Positions 55,350 to 64,000 of a DNA stretch of 64,000 nucleotides are shown here, piece after piece. The position numbers and the translations under genes are program-made. The stretch comes from Ancylonema sp. Taxonomy: Eukaryota. The notes under the pieces are model-generated. The model had not been told where the DNA came from. It ran no database searches and saw nothing but the letters and a program-made list of their open reading frames with translations. Position 1 is the stretch's first letter, and each line of letters starts with the position of its first letter. The DNA lies in contig JBFLGF010000030.1 of the NCBI GenBank assembly GCA_050230475.1, positions 1-64,000 on the forward strand, given 5' to 3'.

Positions 55350-57158
55350 CAGTCGCACCTCGATACAGTGATCCTCTACATAATGAATATCTTGGTACTC
55401 TCACCAAAAATTATACTCCAATCTATTTCAGTAGTGACATGCGTTATGGTGACCAAAAACCACTATACAAACGGTGGGGGGGGGGGGGTGGGAAATCGCC
55501 GGAATTATTCATAGAGAAAGTGAGAAAGTCTAGGTAGTCTACCTACTGGACCATTCAAGGACTTGGTGTTGGCTAACAAGTGTTGCGTGCGGAACGCCTC
55601 CTTTGTACATGCGAGAGTGAAATCGTTTTTTTTTTGTCTTTCTGCATTTGTGATTTTCGTTGGGGGGGCGTTGAAATGATGGAAGAAGGGAAATCATAAG
55701 TTTTTTGGGGAGTGTGGATTTTTGTCTGAGGGGGACGCAGCTTGTCACTCGCGTCTTTCAACTTTTATTGGAATATACAATCCGGATCAATCTACGTAAA
55801 TTTTGTTGAGCTTCAATTGTGTCGATATTGTGTATATTATAATCAAGTATGTTATGCCTCCACCCAGTTTCTATCTCTTCATGCCAATCTACAACCACTA
55901 TCATCTTTGAAAAGAGCTCTAAAGATCATTCGTGTGCAAAAAACTCATGACAGCCTGCAAATTGCAAACCTCCAGGTTGAAGTGTAGTCATCAAATATAT
56001 GCCGCAAATTTTCCAAGCCTATTAGTTAAGAGAGTATAATCCACTATTTAGAACGTAGCGCATCAAGAAACCAAGACAGGTGCCATCTCGAACTGAGAGC
56101 TCAATTTTGGGGACTCGTTCTTTCCCTCGGTATAGTGACATTGACAAATCTTGTACAAACTAGTGAATGCGCTACCGGTATACAGTTGTATAGTGAATAT
56201 TCGATATATAGTGCAAATGTGTGTCCTTGTATAGAGGAACGTCGTGAATGAAGCAAAGTAAATAAGCAAATGCGTTGTTTGTGTTGTGATATGAGCTATA
56301 CAAGTGCGTAATGAGAAAACCGCAAAAAAAAAAAAAAAACCGTAAACCGCAAACGATATACGTTTTTTATAGTGCAATCCAACAAAATACTCATTAATTT
56401 TTTTTAACAAATCCAAATCCTCTCTGTTCATGTTCGTGATTGGAAATATATTACAAGATTGTTACCAACATGTATTAATATGGCGTAACAACCGGACACA
56501 CAAATTAATATCGACATGAATCGATCCTAAGCTCCATGAAGTACATGTTGAATATTAGTTCGCAACCATAATATCCATCACTTGCATGGACGTAATGTTG
56601 TATTTATTGGATTCTAGAGTTTACTCGATTCCCATACATCGTTACATCGTTACATCATTACATGTTGAAATAGCGTTTTATACGCACTTTAAGGACAATT
56701 CGTAACAAAATTATAGAATATTTTTTGTACATGGAGTGTCGTTATGCTTATATCAAGGGCGCTATCATTTCGTTTTTTAAAATAATACCGTACTCGGCAC
56801 CGTAAATGATTTCTGTTTTTTCAAAACGAATTAATTTGTTAATGATTTGTAAGAAAGATACCGGGAATCCGGTAGTTATTATTGATGATTTTTTGCAATG
56901 ATTTGTGGAAACCTACATACAAAATTCAAACAAATCCAGAAGTGGTATTAATATCAATGATTTTTGGTTAATGATTCCGACCTCATAGGTATTAATATAA
57001 ATGATTGATTTCGGGTTTCAATAAGTAATTAAAAATCATTTACGGTGCCCAGTACGGGTAATAAAAAACTGTCAAGGTTGTCCTTATAAGGGGGTCCTCA
57101 TATCGAGGGACCACTGAAGATCCCGCCGCAGAAATGTCATAATATCGAGGTGCGACTG
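55350..57158. mobile_element. pogo-like MITE enclosing nested insertions
   Basis: Perfect 16-bp TIR CAGTCGCACCTCGATA (55350-55365) / TATCGAGGTGCGACTG (57143-57158) with TA flanks; a second pogo-like copy occupies about 55366-57116. Confidence 0.75.
56786..57060. mobile_element. MITE with (C)CCGTA termini, nested
   Basis: TACCGTACTCGGCACCGTAAATGATTT versus AAATCATTTACGGTGCCCAGTACGGGTA (one mismatch, one indel). Confidence 0.8.
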
Positions 57159-57471
57159 TATAACGGGTTACCGGGAGGTCCGGTACAACGAGGTTCTATG
57201 CCGATTTCGTTGATACCGTATTTGATTTTCCCGCTTCAGAAGGACTTCGAGACCTCGCAGTAGGTTTTGAATCTCATAACGGTTCCTTCCGCCCGTGGGT
57301 GAGTTCAAATGACACAGAAGACCGCCTGCAGCCGGAATCCCCACAATCCTCCATAGCAACCTCAGAGCTGGAAGAGAAGACGTCAGAGCGCGTGGATTCA
57401 ATGCCCTCTGTAACATACTTATAAGTCCCACATTTCCTTCAACGTGGAACGTTGTGACAGCACCATTAGCA

Positions 57472-60400
57472 ATGAGTGCGGACATGAATACGCTGCTTCC
57501 TCAAAACGACGCGGAAGTTGAGGGAGCTGTGGTAATCGACCCAAAGTACGAGTACATCTCTGCTCCTAAGTATTTTGACTTTGCGAAGGAGGAGAGACCT
57601 GAGGATATCGTCGCAGTGGAGGCTTGGTTTGAGCAAGCGCCAGCAGATACAGAATCACGTCAGTCACCACTCCCAAAACTGCATTCTGGAACCGGAGATG
57701 AAACCTTGACGCTTCCAAGCGGAATGTGGATCCTCCGTTTTTTAATGAGTGCATGAAAGTCTGGCATATTCTCTGTGCTGAAGTAATCTGGGGCTGGTCC
57801 GCAGCTCAAGTAACGAAAGCGAGAGCGAAGGGCAAAGGGTATTCAGCACTGGCTTTCAGATCTGAACACGAAGCAATGGTGAGAACTTTATGAGTGGTGC
57901 CACAGCACACATGTCCACAAAGCTCGTCCATCACGGGCTGTGTAGTCCATGTCCTGCTAGCTTCTTTCGCGGTACCTGTGCTCCCAGCTTGCCATGATCA
58001 TGCCAAAGATTGTCCTGCAGGACGCTGAGGAGACTGCGGCGGCTGCTGAACATGAGGACATGTGAGTCCCCAATCATAACCAAATCATATCACCGAATCA
58101 CAAACATGGCCGATTCTTTTCATCAAAGCAAGGGTGTTCTCATTGACATGCATCAATGAGATTCAGAAGAAAGCATATCAGCCTATGAGACCTGTTCCGT
58201 GCAAACTGTTGAACTGCTGGTACTGGTTGGCCGAATGGATTGTCGCAGGCTGGTGGAGTCCCTGGTTGCACCTCGAATGGCTCCTGCGCCAGATCTACCT
58301 CAACCAGGTACGGGATCAAAAATCTACACCTCGCTAGATTCAGTCGGGTGCCTGCATCGCTTGCATATATACATCAAAAACTGCACCAGCTGCGGTCTGT
58401 CTGTCTGAAAGTTTGGCGGCACCCTTGCTCCCAAGTCACCCTTCAAATCCCTTTCTGGCTTCCAACGAATGTGTCAGGAGTAGCAGACGGCTCCAGAGCC
58501 CATCCACATCCAATGGAAACTCGGTCCAAATCTGAGTTGAAAAAGGCAGCGGACACTCCTCAGCGGGCCCAGAGTCACATGGATGTAGACTCCCCTCCAA
58601 GCGCCCTTCGGGCAAACAGCCTGTACTCCGAGCTCTGCGATCCGGCGCTTCTGGCGCTTCCAATCCCTGAAGCGCCGCCTCTGACACGAGGCAGAGCTGC
58701 CAGGTAGGCGCAAGGACAGGTGGCAGGTGCAGCAATGATCGGATCCGCCAGCATGCACACCAGGGCAGGCTTTCTATTGGGTGTGGCAGGCGAGAGAGGG
58801 AAGCAACCGCCGCCTCACATGCCCAGGAGCCAGTGACCAAAAAACGCAAGCTCAACGAAGGGTCGTTACGCCAGGTTGACAGCACAAACCCCCTCCTCTC
58901 GATCTCGCCCAGGGGGTACCCCATGGCGATCTAGCGCCCACTCACACCCTACCGGAGTGTCCCCCCCCTGCGGCAGATTTTGGACCCCCGTGGCCCAGTG
59001 CTGCCCGCCCGGTCAACCGCCCCGTTGACCATTCCGCACGACTTCCACTTCCACACCGACCACCGCATGCGAGCATCTGATCCGGTACGGACGGGGTGGA
59101 CCCTCCTGCCTCCCAGGGGACCCCGACCACAGCCAACCACAGCGGCTGCGCCTTCTTTTCTTGGGCAGGCGGGGGGGCAGAAGTCGCCCTACGTGCCCAT
59201 GGCAGACAAGATACTTCGGTTCCAGAAGAAGACCCCCCCACGAGTCCACACCGTTCCCCCCTCCCGAGTGAGTGTTCGTGACCAGAAACGGGAAGTGAGG
59301 CACAAAAGAAAAGGGGGTGGGGGGCTCACAAGGAGAGGGTTGTGTGTGGTTGGGGTTCAGAACCATCCCGTCGTCGAATACAGCGACCTCCACCTAACCG
59401 TGCCCCTGGAAACGACCTTCGAAACCGCACAGAGAGCTCGACCCAGGTAGAGAGGGAAGAGGAGGCAGAAGGAAGGACGGGGGGGGGGAAGCTTCCGCAT
59501 GCCCATTAATCGCTCTCTTGCACGTTCCTGCCAGCTGTCGATCCGTGCTGACAGGGGGGGGGTTGGGGGACGGGTGCAGCAACTTGAAACCCGCCGAGGA
59601 GAGAGAGCTGGAGGCCCTTGCAGCCGCCCCACGATTCAAAGCAAGGCCGTTCAGCTCAGAGGTCGGATTCCAACCCCCAACCCCCCGCTGGGCCCACCAT
59701 CCGGCTAGCCACCTCCCCCCTCAACAGAGATAGGCACCTTGTTCTCGTGCAGCTCCTGCAGGCGGCTGCGCCAGCTGGCGTGCATCCGGTGGCCAAAGTC
59801 CCGCTCACTCAGATCCAGGTGAGGTGGCGGGTCAGGAATGATTGACACCCCGCCCGCTCTATGCATGCCGCTGAGTCCCAGCGACACCTGGCGGTCCCCT
59901 GGCCTCCTTCCCAACAGGAGTTCCAGTTTGCCACCGCTCACCGCGCCTTACACCACCCCCGGGCAGAGCCTCCCGTCACCAGATCAGCGGTGCGGCCACA
60001 GGAACCACATGCCCGCCCCCCCCCCCCACCACTTCTGTGACAGTGGACTGAATGCGAGTTTTTGTTGGTCGCGGTGGGGGGGTGGCAGAGTAAGAGAGTG
60101 GTGGAGAGGAGGGAGGGGCCACCCCAGCTGACTCGTGCCACCCAACCGGTTCTGAAAACCGCCACCCGCGCACGAGTCTCAATGTCAGCAGTCCACTCTC
60201 CACACCCGTCCCCCGCCCGTCTCCCCCTTCTGTCTTTCTCATCCAGGTGGGGAGGTTGGGTTGGGTGGCAGGGTGAAGAGTCGGGAGGAGTTGGAGGCAG
60301 AGGAAGTGGCCGCAATGCCAAAGTTCAAAGCACGCCCACTCAACACCAAGGTGAGCCCCAACAGAGCACAGTGCACCCCTCATCTCCTTGGAGACCCCTC

Positions 60401-61667
60401 ATCCCCGTGTGTCTATTCTGGGGTGCAGATATTCGGGGGAGCTCGCCGCGCATCCAGCAAACCAAAGGTGAGCAGTGGAGGTGGTTGGCCCGTGGTTGGG
60501 AGGTAGAGGGTACTAAGAAGAGGTTGAAAAGAGGTGGTTCTAAAAAGGGAAAAGAAGCCTCAGCCTTTGATGGTTTGTTGTTTACGCGTTTTTTTTCCAG
60601 CCCCCCCCCTCCGTCGCCGCCCCCCGCGAGTTCCCCGATCCCGTCCGTTCCTGGAACGGCGCCCCCACCGTGCCCCACCCGTTCTCCCTCACCACGGACG
60701 ACCGCGGTGCGGAGAAGTCAGGGAGGTTCCATCGCCAGATAGAGGCGGAGAGGTTGGAGCTAAGGTCGCGCAGTGTGCCAAGGGCGCTGCCGCTGCCTCT
60801 AACCACAGACTTCCCCAAGGTAGGAGGGGGGAAGAATGGGTTGGTCGGTAAATGGGTTGGTCGGTTAATGGGTTGGTCGGTTAATGGGTTGGTCGGTTAA
60901 TGGGTTGGTCGATTAATGGGTTGGTCGGTTAATGGGTTGATTTGGTGAGTCGCCTCTGCTAATCTGGTGACAGACCCATGCTGACGTCATCACCCATGTC
61001 TGCAGCCCCCCCCAAAACCCCTCGCTCCCCCGCCCACCATCCCCGTGCCTTTCCACCTTCTGGGTCTGCAGCGCGCGGCAGAGGAGGAGAAGAAGAGGGA
61101 GGAGGAGGGGAGGCAGCAGGAGGCCATGGAGGCGCAGAGAACAAAATTTACGGCCAGACCCAATCGAACCAAACTGTTAGTCGCAAATCGTCCCCCCCCC
61201 CCCCACCCTGCGCCCCGCCCCTCCCCTCTTACCCTCTTCCCCCCGACCCGATTGCAGCGTGGGCGCTTTTGTCCCCCAGCGGTCCCGTAAGCCCCTCACC
61301 CGCCTGCAGGAGTTCAGTCACCACGCGGACAGCAGGGCGGTGGAGCGAAAGCAGTTTGACGTCCGCGTGAGGAGCAAGGCGGAGGAGATGGAGGAGATGC
61401 GGTCGAGGTACGAGGTGCAGAAAAAGGAGGAGGAGGAGAAGGCGATACGGGAGATGAGGAAGGCCATGGTGCCGCACCCGCGCCCGATGCCCAGCTTCAT
61501 GCGGTAGGCAGGCTGGGGGGGATTCGAAACGGCTTTGAAATAACGGCTACGATGTATGCATCGTTCCCACCTCTCATTCTGCGGGCGTTTGCAGGTCGCA
61601 AGCCGGGACGCCGGCTTTGACTGCAGTCAGGGGGAGGTATCCAAATCTACGGTCGCAAATGCGCTAG
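57472..61667 (+). CDS. TPX2: TPX2 microtubule/spindle assembly factor; many short exons
   Basis: N-terminal Aurora-binding-like IDPKYEYISAPKYFDF..E..WF; LTIPHDFHFHTD, two FKARP motifs, PFSLTTDDRG, FVPQRSRKPLT..EF...D.RAVERKQFD, IREMRKAMVP; probable TAG at 61665-61667. Confidence 0.87.
60835..60939. repeat. Intronic 16-bp minisatellite, about 6.5 copies
   Basis: AATGGGTTGGTCGGTT repeated within a TPX2 intron. Confidence 0.92.
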
Positions 61668-64000
61668 AGAGTCAAGGAGGAGGGGGGTGGGGGGGGGCAG
61701 AAGACAGCCTAGAAATGGTTCCGGAATAAAAATCACTCTCTCGCGGGTTGGGGAAGCTAAGGGGCGCCACATTACAATGTGGAAGCTGAGATGGAGGGTA
61801 GGTTCGGGGGGTGTCGATGGGAAGTAAGGATTTTAAGCCTGGAAAGTGGGGAGCGAGGGAGGAAGTAGACATTGTGCTAGGTGGAGAAGGTAGAGGACAA
61901 GGTAGTGAGAGAGGGTTGGATCATTGGCAGATGGAATAAGTTAAGAACGCGTTTTTTAAGTCGATTCTTTGAGTTGGCTTGTGTGGCCGTACAACAAGCG
62001 GAAAGAATCACAACTCGTAGGAGTCGGCAGAAAAAAGTAGAGTAGAGTAAATACACCTGTAGGAGAAACCGGATCCGTTTGAGGTCACAAATTGATGGCG
62101 GTTTGAATGACTGTCCTCGGGGATGACCGAGAGTGAAATATTTTTAACGGGGTAGCACTTAGTAGGTGACTACACACATGAGTAGATCCAATCTCAGTGT
62201 AGATGATAAACTTAAAGAGTTGCGTATTTATGTCAGCGAGTATTGTTTTGTTTCATATGACTAAGACATACGTGTGCATAACACATTTGACGAGTCGAGG
62301 GCTCCATTTTGTATTTATAGAATCTTGGGAGAATGATTCGATAGAGGAAAGTATAATTTCGCAATGCAAAGATTTGACACATCTACTGTGGCGTATCTCA
62401 TAGTTGGGCGCAATATACACTCCCACATCAGGATCAATCGGTCCCAATGCGATGGGGAATCTCCAATCCGGCTCCGATCTGGATGGGGGTTCGGAGGGAT
62501 CGGGCACAAGTATGATCATGAAGGTGTAACTCTCGAAATGGCATGCTGTGTCGCAAAAAGACTTCTTGATGGCAAGAATCATCATAATCGCCAACAATTG
62601 GTATTGCTTAAACGCACACACTAAATGCATGACATATCCTCTACACTCAGGACCCAAATTCAGCAAATTCTGGTCGTCAATAAGTTATAACAATTGTTAC
62701 GATATCGATCACAACAAAAATGTTGTTAAGTAATCGATAACACACGATATCAAATTAAAGGCACCGCATGAGGAGTCAATTATTGATATTACAATGTAGA
62801 TCTTTATACATAGGAACTATCTTACGGGCAATTTTCATAACAACACATCCAACGGTTGCACGACACCACATCCCAACCCCCTAACACGGCGAGCTGGACA
62901 TGGCCCGTGTCGTGACGCGAAAAATCTCACACGTGCATTTCGACACGGAAAATTCCGGACTCAATATAACAATAACAATGCCAAAATAACTAACTTTAAT
63001 TATATTTCGAAATTTCGGGATTTCGGAATTTTAGTACTTTGTAATTAAGTATCGTACTAACGACTTGTATGTGATTTTCATTATAATTTGTGAAGATAAA
63101 TAAGGTAAAATTATAATAATGACAATCCGTCGCAAATGTAATCGATACTAGAGCAAATCTTGCTCTATACGTGGCATAAAAACATGACTCGGCAAACGCC
63201 GAGTCGCCGAATCCGACTTGGCTTTGTCGAGGGTTTTACCGTATCTACACCAGGATATTATTTAGGGTACGGAGACATACAATCGATCAATGGTCCTGTA
63301 CATGGAAAGTACATGGAAAGTAAAAGTTCATGGAGAAGTAATATTGTATAGTATCCATTTATTACGTAACATTTACCATCAATGTGTATAACTTTACAAG
63401 TAAAATTGGTGTTACACATTAGTTAAATTCTTAATGTCACAATGATGACACAAAACTTTCAAACTTCCAACTTTCGAGTTGTTATCGATATCCTCAATAT
63501 TTTGAAAGGGAACCAACATATCGCCAACAATCGATGAAGCTATAAATTGCATGCACTTGAAATCACATGAACCAAGCCATTTATAAAAGGTACCTAGGTG
63601 GATGTTGGGGATGATGTCTGGTGGAAGTATGAAATGTTTTAAATCCCTTGTATAATGTAAAAGTGATGACTAATATTAATCATTTTATCGATGAGTGTAT
63701 TTTCTATAAATTTAATCTTCAATTTCTGCAAAAAAAATAAAAAAATGAAATTTAATTTGACACATTTCATTACAAGTTATGCAAAAACAAGAAAATTGAT
63801 GATCATTAGTATTTCGATTCTACAGGGGCAACACATTGATACACTTTTATACATTTTTGTACACTGTTATACATCTATCTCAACTAAAGCATCAAGAAAA
63901 TACTATCCTTCTCTTCCATTACCTTACCATACAGGCAAATATAAAACAAACCATGAAAAACAAATTATCTTGCAAACAAAATCGTGCCTACTATATATGC

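Overview
Eukaryotic nuclear DNA from a green plant lineage. The intron-containing plastid-type PRK, the plant-type ABCG7, CAT9 and TPX2 genes, and the compact GC-rich genes with short introns suggest a streptophyte alga; this is inference. Ten protein-coding loci were recognised: importin-5 (5' end outside the window), COQ5, a GT23-like fucosyltransferase, an O-fucosyltransferase-like gene, ABCG7, PRK, CNOT9/RCD1, LSG1, CAT9 and TPX2. They are separated by AT-rich intergenic blocks packed with nested non-autonomous DNA transposons (hAT-like with 8-bp TSDs, pogo/Tc1-like with TA TSDs, and one Harbinger/Tourist MITE with a TTA TSD). The most interesting feature is a decayed retroelement on the minus strand at about 46.2-54 kb. 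It reconstructs as one polyprotein: Gag, CCHC knuckle, aspartic protease, linker, helical region, then a DNMT3-like cytosine methyltransferase fold. I see no RT, RNase H or integrase, and the methyltransferase catalytic motifs (PCQ, ENV) are replaced, which points to a non-autonomous element carrying a pseudo-methyltransferase. Exon boundaries were read by eye and are approximate.
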